Below, one piece after another: positions 11,381 to 20,620 of a stretch of DNA of 64,000 nt. Location: positions 138 through 64,137 of the forward strand of contig JBDTXN010000002.1 in the NCBI GenBank assembly GCA_040006175.1. Reading direction: 5' to 3'. The DNA comes from Gemmatimonadota bacterium. GTDB taxonomy: Bacteria > Gemmatimonadota > Gemmatimonadetes > Gemmatimonadales > Gemmatimonadaceae. Numbering within the stretch: the stretch's first letter is position 1; each line of letters begins with the position of its first letter. The translations under genes were made by a program, and so were the position numbers. The notes beneath the pieces are model-generated. The model made no database searches. It saw only the letters and a list, made by a program, of their open reading frames with translations, and was not told the origin of the DNA.

Positions 11381-12514
11381 TCAGTGCCCCGCCGATTTTG
11401 CCGGTGGAGTCAGCTCGTGGCGATACAGCCCCGCGATGCCATGCGTGATCTTCGCCGGATCAGACTCTCCGAGGTTCGTAAGCACGACGACGGTCACGCC
11501 ATCATCGAGATAGCGGGCGATGTAGGTTCGAAAGCCCTGCCATGTTCCCGAGTGCTGCACAACTCGATGGCCATTGATGGTGTCGATGAACCACGCGAAG
11601 CCGTAGCCGCTTGGGTTTGGCTTGCCGCTCTTGAGCTTGCCGACAGTCCACATCTGATCGAAGCTCGATTTCTTGAGAAGTCGCTCGCCATACAACGCGG
11701 CATCCCACTTCGCGAGATCGAGGACGTTGAAGTAAAGCGCGCCATCGGCCGTAGTGTTGAGCGACGGCGAGACCCACTCCTGATTCCTGAGCCGTCCGTC
11801 CATGAGCTGATAGCCAGCTGCGCGATTCGGGATAATGTCCTCTTCGCTGATCACTCGCGTGCTAGTCATGCCGAGGGGCTTGAAGACGCGCTGCTCGAGG
11901 AAGTCGCCGTAGAACTTTCCGCTCGCCTTGCGAATGACGGCGCCGAGCAGGAGGTAGTTGCTGTTGCAGTACTCCCACTTCTCACCGGGAGCGAATTCGA
12001 TCGGCAGCGACTCTATGATCCTGACCAGCTGCTCCTCCGTGTAATCCGCGCGGAGGCTGATCGGACCTCCGGGTTTCGTCACAGAGTCGGACGCATAGTC
12101 CGTGAGGCCGGACGTATGACTGAGCAGTTGGCGAATTGTGATCTCGCGCCAGCTTGCGGGTGCATCCGGGAAATATTTCGGCAGGCTGTCATCGAGACCG
12201 ATCTTTCCCTCTTCCACGAGCATCATGATGGCCGCGGACGTAAACTGCTTGCCCATCGACCCCGATTGAAAGATGGTTGCAGGCGTGACTGGCGCATCGA
12301 GCTCGATGTTCGAGCGTCCGTATCCCTTCACTCGCGTGATCTTGCCGTTGGTGTAGATGCCGACTGCGAGGCCGGGGATGCGCTGACTCGCCATTTCCTG
12401 CGCGACGAACCGGTCGATCTTGGCGAAGACGGCGCGCTGCGTTTGCGTCGGCGCCGGCATGCTTGCGAATGCGAGAGTGATCGCAGAAAGTGCCAGTGGT
12501 CTCAAACTGTTCAC
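11381..12514 (-). CDS. Secreted serine hydrolase, beta-lactamase / PBP4* family
   Basis: GTG at 12514 gives the signal peptide VNSLRPLALSAITLAFASMPAP. S-x-x-K motif (SGSMGKQF) and Y-x-N motif (YCNSNY). The rest of ORF 11381..13027 overlaps the sigma factor gene out of frame. Confidence 0.8.
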   Translation of the reverse strand: MNSLRPLALSAITLAFASMPAPTQTQRAVFAKIDRFVAQEMASQRIPGLAVGIYTNGKITRVKGYGRSNIELDAPVTPATIFQSGSMGKQFTSAAIMMLVEEGKIGLDDSLPKYFPDAPASWREITIRQLLSHTSGLTDYASDSVTKPGGPISLRADYTEEQLVRIIESLPIEFAPGEKWEYCNSNYLLLGAVIRKASGKFYGDFLEQRVFKPLGMTSTRVISEEDIIPNRAAGYQLMDGRLRNQEWVSPSLNTTADGALYFNVLDLAKWDAALYGERLLKKSSFDQMWTVGKLKSGKPNPSGYGFAWFIDTINGHRVVQHSGTWQGFRTYIARYLDDGVTVVVLTNLGESDPAKITHGIAGLYRHELTPPAKSAGH

Positions 12515-12554
12515 GAGCGCCCCGGTGAAGGTGGGAGGTTTGCCGCCACGACGT

Positions 12555-13808
12555 TCAGCCGTTGAGATCCCGTGCGCGCCGCTGGAAGAAATTGCGCTCG
12601 AAGGGGTTTCTCGCAAGCGCACTCGCGCGGAGAAAATGCTCGCGCGCCACGTCATTCCTGCCGCACTGATGTTCCATCTCACCCAGCGCTGCGAAGTAAA
12701 ACGGATACGCGGCCAGCCGCTCGACCTCCGCAATGGCGTTGATCTCCGCGAGTCCGCGCTCGAAGCCCTCGTGCTGTGCGATGGCGATCGCCCGGCTGAG
12801 TGCGACCACCGGCGATGGGCGGATCGCAAACAACGTGTCGTACAGCGAAACGATCTTCGACCAGTCGGTGTCTTCGAAGGACGCAGCCCGAGCGTGAAGT
12901 GACGCAATTCCCGCCTCGATGTGAAACTCGGATATCGCCGTGCCGGTGGCCGAATGATCGAGCAGTTGCTCGCCCTTCGCAATGAGATTCCTGTCCCAGA
13001 GTCGCCGATCCTGTTCGTACAGCGCACTGAGGTTTCCGGACGAGTCGACTCGCGCGGGCATCCGCGCGGAATTGAGATACATGAGTGCCACGAGCGCCTT
13101 CGTGGCGGGGGTGGAAGTGACCGGATGCGCGAGCAGCAGCTCGCCCAGGCGCATCGCTTCTATGCAAAGCTCCGCACGCACGGCAGACTCTGCGTGCGCG
13201 CCGTGATAGCCCTCATTGAAGAGGAGGTAGAGCGCGCGTTGCACCGCGGACAGTCGCTGGGGAAGGTCGCGCTCGTCCGAGAGATCGAAGAGTCGCTTGG
13301 AGCCGGCGAGCACCCGCTTTCCGCGGGCAATGCGCTTCTCCATCGCCGAACGATTGGTAAGGAAGCCGGCTGCGATCTCGTCCACGCCGAAGCCGCAGAG
13401 GATGTTGAGCACGAGGGAGACCTGCGCGGTCTCGGGAAGCTGCGGGTGGCAGCACGAGAACATCATACGAAGCTGCTCACCGCGGATCGCGGATTCTCCG
13501 AACGCTTCTGCCACCACGGGCGCGAGAGTCCACTCGCTCTCGAGAAGTCGGCCAAGCTCGGGCGCATACGTGCGCGCTGTGCACTCGCGCCGCAGGATGT
13601 CCAGCGCGCGATTCTTGGCCGTCGCCATCAGCCACGCCGATGGATTCTCCGGAACGCCGCGAAGCTTCCATACCTCGAGCGCGCGAACGAACGCATCCTG
13701 CACGACGTCTTCGGCGAGCGCGAGATTGTGCACCCCGAAGAGGCGCGTGAGCGCGGCGACCATCCGTCCCGCTTCGCGCCGGAAGAGATGGTCGCCTGGC
13801 TCGGTCAC
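12555..13808 (-). CDS. ECF sigma factor with long C-terminal TPR-like extension (ECF42-type)
   Basis: GTG start overlaps the stop of the YCII gene by 1 nt. Region 2 is DVVQDAFVRALEVW...AWLMATAKNRALDILRR and a region 4 HTH is present. About 200 extra C-terminal residues follow. The upstream partner carries a DGPF motif. Confidence 0.85.
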   Translation of the reverse strand: MTEPGDHLFRREAGRMVAALTRLFGVHNLALAEDVVQDAFVRALEVWKLRGVPENPSAWLMATAKNRALDILRRECTARTYAPELGRLLESEWTLAPVVAEAFGESAIRGEQLRMMFSCCHPQLPETAQVSLVLNILCGFGVDEIAAGFLTNRSAMEKRIARGKRVLAGSKRLFDLSDERDLPQRLSAVQRALYLLFNEGYHGAHAESAVRAELCIEAMRLGELLLAHPVTSTPATKALVALMYLNSARMPARVDSSGNLSALYEQDRRLWDRNLIAKGEQLLDHSATGTAISEFHIEAGIASLHARAASFEDTDWSKIVSLYDTLFAIRPSPVVALSRAIAIAQHEGFERGLAEINAIAEVERLAAYPFYFAALGEMEHQCGRNDVAREHFLRASALARNPFERNFFQRRARDLNG

Positions 13809-14137
13809 TACATCTTCATGATCGGGCGTACTTCGACGAAGCCACCCGCGTCGAAGTGCGGGCAGCCGCTCGCGAGCTTCGCCGCCTCGTTCAGATCACT
13901 CGCCTCGATGATCGTGTATCCCCCAACGAGATCCTTCTCGGCGTACGGCCCATCCGTAATCTGCGTGCGCTTGCGGACGATCTTGCCGGTGGGCTCCAGC
14001 GGATCCCCGCCTGTTCTGATGTGTCCGTTGGTCGTGAGCTCCTGCAGCCACGCCAACCACTTCTGCATTTGCTGTTGCATGTGTTCCGGGGTGCCCGCTT
14101 CCTCGCCGCCACGGTACAGGTACATGAACTGACTCAT
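13808..14137 (-). CDS. YCII-related (DGPF-domain) protein
   Basis: MSQFMYLYRGG... with ITDGPYAEKDLVGGYTIIEA. GGAGA lies 6 nt upstream of the ATG. Confidence 0.85.
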   Translation of the reverse strand: MSQFMYLYRGGEEAGTPEHMQQQMQKWLAWLQELTTNGHIRTGGDPLEPTGKIVRKRTQITDGPYAEKDLVGGYTIIEASDLNEAAKLASGCPHFDAGGFVEVRPIMKM

Positions 14138-14209
14138 GATGATTCTCCGATTGGGTTGGTCGTACGAATCATCGACGTTCGGCGCTCCGGCTCCCGGACA
14201 TTTTTCTTT

Positions 14210-15628
14210 TCAGGACTTGGTCGGGGCCACCGCGATTTCCTTGACGAGCTGGTACATGTACTCGGTGCCTTCGTAGAAGGACTTCACGAGAATGCGCTCG
14301 TCGCGGCCGTGGGCGCGTTCGTCGTCCACGTCGATCGGAACGCCGCTCAGTCCGTACGTCGGGATTCCGATGTTGCGAAGCCTCCAGCCGTCGGTTGCAC
14401 CAGTTTCCATCTGCGGAATGACGGGAACGCCGGGCCAGAGTCGCTGCGTCACCTTCTCGACCGGATTCATAACGAGAGGCAGCAGGGGCGAGGGCGTGCC
14501 GGGGTGCCCCGAATCGATCGGTGTCACCTTCACGGAGTCGTCCGCGATGACACGCACGAGCGTCGCGCGCACGGCTTCCGGAGTTTCGGTGGGCAGGATG
14601 CGGCAGTTCACGAGCGCGCGCGCCGTCTGCGGCAGCGCGTTTGGTGCGTGCCCTCCCTCGAGCATTGTCGGCACACACGTGGTGCGCAGCTGCGCGTTGT
14701 AGAACGGCGACGTGGAAAGCCGTGCTGCGGCCGCCGAGTCACGTTCGTCCTTCGCGATCGCCCGCATGTCCGCCGCGATCTGACCGGATGCGAGCCCCGA
14801 TGACCGCGCGAAATACGCGCGAGTGGTCTCGTTGAGGTTTGCCGGGAAGTGAAAGCGCGACACGCGTCCGATCGCGTCCGCCAGCCTGGAGATCGCGTTG
14901 TCGGGCGTGGGCATCGAGCTGTGACCACCCTTGTTCGTGACCGTGAGCCAGAAGCCCTGGAAGGTTTTCTCGCTCGCCTGCACGGGGCGCACGATCTTCT
15001 TTCCATCCTTGATGAGCGGGTCGCCGCCATCCGGATTGATGCACCACTCGGCGTCGATCAGATCTCGATGATTGTCGATGAGCCACGTGACGCCGTTGTA
15101 TCCTCCGCCGCCTTCCTCACCGGCCGTGAGTGCCATGATGAGCGTGCGCTCCAGCACGATGTGCTCACGCTTCAGCCGGAGCAGCGTCTCCGCGAGGGTG
15201 GCCGCCCCATCCTTGATGTCACTCGTGCCGCGGCCGTAAAAGAAGCCTTCACGTTCGGTGAGCTTGTACGGATCGAGCGACCAGTCGGAGCGCAGTGCTT
15301 CTACGACATCGAGATGCGCAATGAGCAGGATCGGTTTGAGTGTCTTCGACGTCCCCTCCATGCGCACGACGACGTTCGAGTCCTTGTCACCAGCAGGGCC
15401 AATGATATGGATATCGGACGCGGGGAAGCCGGCGTCGAGGAATCGCTGCGCGATCGCATGCGCGGCGGGCGAGGTGCTCCCTTCCTTATATGACGTCTTT
15501 GTCTCGATGAGCTGCTGGAAAATCGCGCGCGCCTCTGCCTGGTCCGGGGTCAGCGCGGTTTGCGCGCGCGCGGCCGGGGCAGCCAGGAGGACGAGAGCGA
15601 ACGCAACGAGCGATGGTTGGCGAGGCAT
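14210..15628 (-). CDS. Secreted M20/M25/M40 family metallopeptidase
   Basis: ATG at 15628 gives the signal peptide MPRQPSLVAFALVLLAAPAARAQ. Motifs: HLDVV, GRGTSDIKDG and TAGEEGGG. Confidence 0.85.
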   Translation of the reverse strand: MPRQPSLVAFALVLLAAPAARAQTALTPDQAEARAIFQQLIETKTSYKEGSTSPAAHAIAQRFLDAGFPASDIHIIGPAGDKDSNVVVRMEGTSKTLKPILLIAHLDVVEALRSDWSLDPYKLTEREGFFYGRGTSDIKDGAATLAETLLRLKREHIVLERTLIMALTAGEEGGGGYNGVTWLIDNHRDLIDAEWCINPDGGDPLIKDGKKIVRPVQASEKTFQGFWLTVTNKGGHSSMPTPDNAISRLADAIGRVSRFHFPANLNETTRAYFARSSGLASGQIAADMRAIAKDERDSAAAARLSTSPFYNAQLRTTCVPTMLEGGHAPNALPQTARALVNCRILPTETPEAVRATLVRVIADDSVKVTPIDSGHPGTPSPLLPLVMNPVEKVTQRLWPGVPVIPQMETGATDGWRLRNIGIPTYGLSGVPIDVDDERAHGRDERILVKSFYEGTEYMYQLVKEIAVAPTKS

Positions 15629-15806
15629 TGGCACGGTCTGAGAGAGGCTGAGGTATGGGAGCTCGGAATTTCGCCTCGCGCACCGTCTGGTGTCAGGGCG
15701 GTGGAACGGATCAACGCATTGATGCTCGGCACTCCGGCGTCTAACATCTGCTTTGCGCCGAGCTCGTGCTCCAGACAGGCCCTCCCACCCGTTCCGGAAA
15801 CGCTCC

Positions 15807-16193
15807 ATGCGCTTCACGATCGCTCGTTTCGCCGCCCTGACGTTAGCCGCGGTCCTTGGCTGCAGCAGCTCGACGTCACCTACGAACTGCTCTGTCCCAA
15901 AGACGTCCGCCGCCTATCGAGACGGTCCCACCGACTCGTTCACTGTGACCAAACTCTCGCGCGATGGAAGCTCCGCGCTCATCGAAGCGGCAGGCCCTTC
16001 AGGGCCGGTTCACCTGCTCGTCGCCGATACGACACCCGTATTCTTTCGAGGCGAAGACGACGTTCCCAGAGCAACGTTCGTCTGTGACCTCGCAGTTTGC
16101 GAGCGGATGGAAATTCCGTTTGGTGACGGCTTTGGGGATTTCAGCAATCCTCCATCGCCGGTAGTAGTCAGTCAAGTCGTCATCGATCGGTAG
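15807..16193 (+). CDS. Hypothetical lipoprotein
   Basis: ATG at 15807. MRFTIARFAALTLAAVLGCSSS carries a lipobox (LGC). No recognisable domain. Confidence 0.55.
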   Translation: MRFTIARFAALTLAAVLGCSSSTSPTNCSVPKTSAAYRDGPTDSFTVTKLSRDGSSALIEAAGPSGPVHLLVADTTPVFFRGEDDVPRATFVCDLAVCERMEIPFGDGFGDFSNPPSPVVVSQVVIDR

Positions 16194-16224
16194 CCAACGG
16201 CGCGTGCGGCGCCGTTGGAAGCCG

Positions 16225-18345
16225 CTACTGCACGATCTTCTCCTGTGCTGCGAGCCCTACCGCGTCGAGCATGAACGCCTCGCGAAACGCGATCTCGTGC
16301 AAGCGGTCGTACCGACCCGAGCTGCCGCCGTGCCCACCAGCCAGGTTCACTTTCAAGTAGAGCGGGTTGGAATCGGTTTTCATCGCACGCAGCTTGGCTA
16401 CCCACTTGACCGGCTCCCAGTACGAGACCTGCGAATCGTTGAGCGACGTGGTGACGAGCAGCCAAGGATATGCCTTGTGCTCGATGTTGTCGTACGGCGA
16501 GTACGTCTTCATATACTCGTACTGCTCCTTGATGTGAGGGTCGCCCCACTGCTGCCACTCCTGTGAAGTGAGTGGGAGCGATGCGTCCATCATCGTGTTG
16601 ATCACGTCCACGAAGGGCACGTTCGCTACGACTGCGCGAAAGAGATCCGGGCGCATGTTCGTCACCGCGCCCATGAGCAGCCCTCCGGCACTTCCACCGT
16701 TCGCGACGAGCTTGTCCGCACTCGTGAACTTTTGCTTCTCCAGATACTCCGCCACATCGATGAAGTCGTTGAAGGTGTTCTTCTTCTTCATCATCTTGCC
16801 GTCGTCGTACCACTGACGGCCCATCTCCTGCCCGCCGCGGATGTGCGCGATCGCATATGCGAAGCCGCGGTCGACGAGGCTCAACGCCGGTGAGTTGAAC
16901 GTTGCCTCCGTCGTGGCGCCGTACGAGCCATAGGCGTACAGCAGCATTGGGCGGCTTCCATCCCGCACCCATCCCTTGCGCACGATCATCGACACCGGCA
17001 CGTGCACGCCGTCGCGCACCTGCACCATCAAGCGCTTCACCTCGTACTGCGACGCATCGTATCCCGGAACGTCCGTGCGCTTCTTCAGCACGCGCTGGTG
17101 CGTCGCGAGGTCGTAGTCGAACGTCGAAGGCGGCGTCAGAAGCGACGAGTACTGGAAGCGCAGCGTCTTGGAGTCGAACTCGGCATTCTGGGTGGGGAAC
17201 ACGCCGTACGCCGGCTCCGGGAAGGTGATGTAGTGTACGTCCCGCGTGGCGAGATCGATCACGCGCAGTCTCGGCAGTCCACCGGATCGTTCGGCGACGA
17301 CGACGTAGTGCTTGAACGCCTCGAGACCCTCGATGAACACCGAGTCGCTCTGCGGCACCCAGTCCGTCCATTTCGACGGCGAAAGATCCGTCTCGGGAAT
17401 GCGCACGATCTTGAAGTTGCGCGCGCTGTCGTTCGTGACCATGAGAAATGCGCCATCGATGTGATCGACCGTGTACTCGACGTCGGCCCGTCGCGGCGCG
17501 ATCACGCGCGGCGTAGCTGCCGGATCGCTCGTGGGAATGACGCGCCATTCCGAGCTCGTGAATCCATCATCGCTGATGAACACGAACTTTCCACTCTTGC
17601 TGCGTGCGACACCGACGTTGTTCAGCACATCGTCGTCCTGGAACACCTTGACGTCGCTCGCGCGGGGCTGCCCGATCACGTGCCGCCACACGGCATTGTT
17701 GCGCCGTGCGGAGTCTGCGGTCGAGTAGAAGATCGTGCGATTGTCGCTGGCCCACGCAAGTCCCGGTACCACTTCGGCGAGCGTGTCCGCCAGCGTCCGA
17801 CCTGTCTTCAGGTCCTTTACGAGCAGCGTGTACACGCGGAGCGCCGTCGTGTCCTGCAGATACACGATCAGGTTGCCGTCCGGGCTCACCGCCTGGTCTC
17901 CGATCGAATAGAACTTCTTGCCCGCCGCCTCCGTGTTCTCGTCGAGATAGATCTCTTCCTTGGCGCTCAGCGATCCGCGCTTTCTGCAGAGTATGGGATA
18001 CGCCTTTCCCTGTTCCGTGCGCGAGTAGTACCAGTAGCCGTTCTCACGATACGGGACGGAGAGGTCCGTCTCGCGAAGGCGACCGAGCATTTCGTGGTAG
18101 AGCCTGTCCTGCAGCGCCTCGGTGTGACGCGTCCCCGCCGCGGTGTACGCGTTCTCGCTGTCGAGATACGCGAGCACCTTCGGATTCGTCTTCTCGCGCA
18201 GCCAGAAGTAGTTGTCCGTCCGTACGTCGCCGTGCAGCGTGTCGACGCGCGCAATCTGCTGTGCGACCGGCGGCTTGGGCTGCTGCGCCGCGAGCCCGGG
18301 AATGAATGAGGTCAGTGCAAAGGAGAAAACGGCGAGACGCTGCAT
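16225..18345 (-). CDS. ptrB: Oligopeptidase B (prolyl oligopeptidase family S9A)
   Basis: Signal peptide, then an N-terminal beta-propeller region (DNYFWLREK...LDSENAYT). Catalytic GGSAGGLLMG serine motif and a C-terminal GGHGG His region. Confidence 0.9.
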   Translation of the reverse strand: MQRLAVFSFALTSFIPGLAAQQPKPPVAQQIARVDTLHGDVRTDNYFWLREKTNPKVLAYLDSENAYTAAGTRHTEALQDRLYHEMLGRLRETDLSVPYRENGYWYYSRTEQGKAYPILCRKRGSLSAKEEIYLDENTEAAGKKFYSIGDQAVSPDGNLIVYLQDTTALRVYTLLVKDLKTGRTLADTLAEVVPGLAWASDNRTIFYSTADSARRNNAVWRHVIGQPRASDVKVFQDDDVLNNVGVARSKSGKFVFISDDGFTSSEWRVIPTSDPAATPRVIAPRRADVEYTVDHIDGAFLMVTNDSARNFKIVRIPETDLSPSKWTDWVPQSDSVFIEGLEAFKHYVVVAERSGGLPRLRVIDLATRDVHYITFPEPAYGVFPTQNAEFDSKTLRFQYSSLLTPPSTFDYDLATHQRVLKKRTDVPGYDASQYEVKRLMVQVRDGVHVPVSMIVRKGWVRDGSRPMLLYAYGSYGATTEATFNSPALSLVDRGFAYAIAHIRGGQEMGRQWYDDGKMMKKKNTFNDFIDVAEYLEKQKFTSADKLVANGGSAGGLLMGAVTNMRPDLFRAVVANVPFVDVINTMMDASLPLTSQEWQQWGDPHIKEQYEYMKTYSPYDNIEHKAYPWLLVTTSLNDSQVSYWEPVKWVAKLRAMKTDSNPLYLKVNLAGGHGGSSGRYDRLHEIAFREAFMLDAVGLAAQEKIVQ

Positions 18346-18454
18346 GGAGCTCCTGCGCGATCATAGTGGGTAAGGGGCGACGCCGGGTAGTGGAAGAATA
18401 AAGTACGTCGCACGCCGGCACTTGCCAGCGGCGGAGCGAGGGTCGAAAGCTCCG

Positions 18455-18483
18455 TTGACGGCCCGTTTCGCGGGGTGTAGCAT
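18455..18483 (+). promoter_or_regulatory. Candidate sigma70-type promoter for the DUF1801/YdeI gene
   Basis: TTGACG (18455-18460), a 17-nt spacer, then TAGCAT (18478-18483). It lies 15-30 nt upstream of the two candidate ATGs. Confidence 0.35.
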
Positions 18484-18498
18484 CATCTCCCCACGCTC

Positions 18499-19107
18499 AT
18501 GGGACAGACCGTCATGCCCAAAACCGATCCCCGCGTCGACGCCTACATCGCCAAGGCGAACGACTTCGCGAAGCCGATCCTCGCGCGCGTGCGCGAGATG
18601 GTGCACGAGGCGTGTCCAGACGTCGAAGAGAGGATGAAGTGGAGCTCACCCTTCTTCGACTACAAGGGGCAGATGATGTGCGGCATGGCAGCGTTCAAGG
18701 AGCATTGCTCGCTCATCTTCTGGAAGGCCCCACTCATCGACGGCGTGCCGCGGAACGGAGATCCGTCGCGCGGGAGCTTTGGCCGCATCACGTCGGTGAA
18801 AGAGCTGCCGACCAAAAAGGTGTTCAGCGGCTACATCAAGGCGGCGATGGCGCTCAACGAGGCCGGCATCACCGTCAAGCGCCCCAAGGCTGGACCAAAG
18901 CCCGAGGCGAAGGTGCCGAAGGAGCTCGCGTCCGCGCTCGAGAAGAACAAGAAGGCCGCGACGGTCTTCGCGAACTTTCCGCCGGGCCAACGCCGCGAGT
19001 ACTGCGACTGGATCAGCGAGGCAAAGCGCGAGGAGACGAAGGCACAGCGCGTGACGCAGGCAGTCGAGTGGATCGCCGAGGGCAAGACGCGAAACTGGAA
19101 GTACTAG
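18499..19107 (+). CDS. DUF1801 + YdeI/OmpD-associated domain protein
   Basis: DPRVDAYIAKANDFAKPILARVREMVH...MKWSSPFFDYKG matches the DUF1801 pattern. The C-terminal FPPGQRREYCDWISEAKREETKAQRV matches the YdeI pattern. An alternative ATG is at 18514. Confidence 0.75.
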   Translation: MGQTVMPKTDPRVDAYIAKANDFAKPILARVREMVHEACPDVEERMKWSSPFFDYKGQMMCGMAAFKEHCSLIFWKAPLIDGVPRNGDPSRGSFGRITSVKELPTKKVFSGYIKAAMALNEAGITVKRPKAGPKPEAKVPKELASALEKNKKAATVFANFPPGQRREYCDWISEAKREETKAQRVTQAVEWIAEGKTRNWKY

Positions 19108-19129
19108 CGCGCGCCCGGGCTCGCGCGCC

Positions 19130-19531
19130 TCAGGTGCTGGTGCGCGCGCCGTGTCTCGCGACGATCACGCTTTTGATTCCGCCGCGCACGTTGAAATCGC
19201 CCACGACCTCCATCCAGCGCGGTTTCACCGCTGCCGCGAGGTCGTCCAGTATCCGGTTCACCGCGCGCTCGTAGAAGATCCCGTCATTGCGGAAGCTCCA
19301 GAGATAGAGCTTGAGCGACTTGAGCTCCACACAGTCCACGTCGGGTACGTACGCGATGCGGATCACGCCGAAGTCCGGCGCGCCGCCCTTCAGCAGCGCG
19401 AGCTCCGCCGCGTCGCTCTCGATCCCGCCCAGCGGGCACATCGAGGTGAACTCGTTGCACTCCAGGCGCACCTCGTAGTCACGCCCGGGATACGGATTTG
19501 GGAACGTCTCGAGCAGCTCGGCAGCCGGCAT
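19130..19531 (-). CDS. queF: NADPH-dependent 7-cyano-7-deazaguanine reductase (type I QueF)
   Basis: ATG at 19531. Has the EFTSMCP catalytic Cys region and the QueF motif ELKSLKLYLWSFR. Confidence 0.9.
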   Translation of the reverse strand: MPAAELLETFPNPYPGRDYEVRLECNEFTSMCPLGGIESDAAELALLKGGAPDFGVIRIAYVPDVDCVELKSLKLYLWSFRNDGIFYERAVNRILDDLAAAVKPRWMEVVGDFNVRGGIKSVIVARHGARTST

Positions 19532-19556
19532 TATCTCTCGTGCTCCACGTGAAAGC

Positions 19557-19982
19557 TCATCGCCCTCTCGGCCCTCTGTACACGCAACCCGAGGTCGCCG
19601 TCTCGCGCACGACCACTCTCGACAATCCACGCACGGCCGGCGACACGCGCTCCCAGATCCAGATCGCGAGATTCTCGCTGGTCGGATTCGATAGACCTTC
19701 GATCTCGTTCAACATCCTGTGGTCGAGCTGATCGTTGAGCGGCCGGAACGCCTCCACAATGTCGGCGAAGTCGATCACCCATCCGGTACGGGAGCCAACG
19801 AAGCCGCTCACCCAGAGCTCTATAACGAACGAGTGGCCGTGCACGCGCGCACACGGATGAACGTCCGGCACGTTCGGAAGCCGATGCGCAGCTTCGATCG
19901 TGAAGCTCTTGAAAACCTCCATCTCCGCGCCCGCCTCGTCATTGAGGCTGCCCGTCGTACCGTCCATGCCCGCGTCGATCAT
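19557..19982 (-). CDS. queD: 6-carboxy-5,6,7,8-tetrahydropterin synthase
   Basis: FTIEAAHRLPNV...HPCARVHGHSF (Cys and HGH zinc site). The ATG at 19982 forms an ATGA overlap with the queE stop, and the 20 extra codons are GC3-rich. The canonical-length start would be the ATG at 19922. Confidence 0.85.
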   Translation of the reverse strand: MIDAGMDGTTGSLNDEAGAEMEVFKSFTIEAAHRLPNVPDVHPCARVHGHSFVIELWVSGFVGSRTGWVIDFADIVEAFRPLNDQLDHRMLNEIEGLSNPTSENLAIWIWERVSPAVRGLSRVVVRETATSGCVYRGPRGR

Positions 19983-20620
19983 GGAATCCCCAGCAGCTTG
20001 TGCGTCTGAATGCTCAACCGCCACTGCGGATGCGACAGACAGTACGCCAGCGCGAGCTCCGTGTTGCGCTCGCGATCCGGTCCGTCCATCGGTTGCAGAA
20101 AAAACCGCTCGAAGTCGAGACCGGCGAACGACTCCGGCTCGCCGCCCACCTGCGGGTATACGAGCTTGAGCTCATTCCCGCGCGTGAGCACGAGTGGTGC
20201 GCCCACCTTCGGGCTCACGCAGATCCAGTCGATGTCATCAGGCGGCAGTTGCGTGCCGTTCGTCTCGATCGCGATCTCGAATCCCTCCGCATGGAGCGCA
20301 CGCACGATGCTCGCATCCATCTGCAGCAGCGGCTCTCCGCCCGTGCACACCACGAGCTTCCGCGCGCGCGCCGAAACATTCGCCGGCCACTTCTCGCTCA
20401 CCGCTCGCGCGAGGTCATCCGCCGCCGAAAACTTTCCGCCGCCCGGACCGTCGACACCGACGAAATCGGTGTCGCAGAACTGGCACGTGGCATCCGCGCG
20501 ATCCGCCTCGCGGCCCGTCCAGAGATTGCAACCGGCGAAGCGGCAGAACACCGCCGGTCGTCCGGTGTTCGCACCCTCACCCTGCAGAGTGAAAAAGATC
20601 TCCTTGACTGCGTACGTCAT
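19979..20620 (-). CDS. queE: 7-carboxy-7-deazaguanine synthase (radical SAM)
   Basis: The ATG at 20620 forms an ATGA overlap with the queC stop. IFFTLQGEG, then the CRFAGCNLW...CQFCDTDF cluster. Confidence 0.9.
   Translation of the reverse strand: MTYAVKEIFFTLQGEGANTGRPAVFCRFAGCNLWTGREADRADATCQFCDTDFVGVDGPGGGKFSAADDLARAVSEKWPANVSARARKLVVCTGGEPLLQMDASIVRALHAEGFEIAIETNGTQLPPDDIDWICVSPKVGAPLVLTRGNELKLVYPQVGGEPESFAGLDFERFFLQPMDGPDRERNTELALAYCLSHPQWRLSIQTHKLLGIP

Noticed and set aside
11153-14132. Long plus-strand ORFs 11153..12565 (470 aa) and 12921..14132 (403 aa).
   Set aside because: Both are antisense to the PAP2, serine hydrolase, ECF42 sigma and YCII genes, which have clear family motifs. 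Neither has a recognisable domain.
16172-18309. ORFs 16172..17548 (minus, 458 aa) and 17002..18309 (plus, 435 aa).
   Set aside because: They are off-frame and antisense shadows of the oligopeptidase B gene, with an Arg-rich composition.
19106-19132. A GC-only hairpin (GCGCGCG...CGCGCGC) between the convergent YdeI-like and queF genes.
   Set aside because: There is no U tract, and the sequence is simple alternating GC that would pair by chance in this genome. It is too weak to call a terminator.
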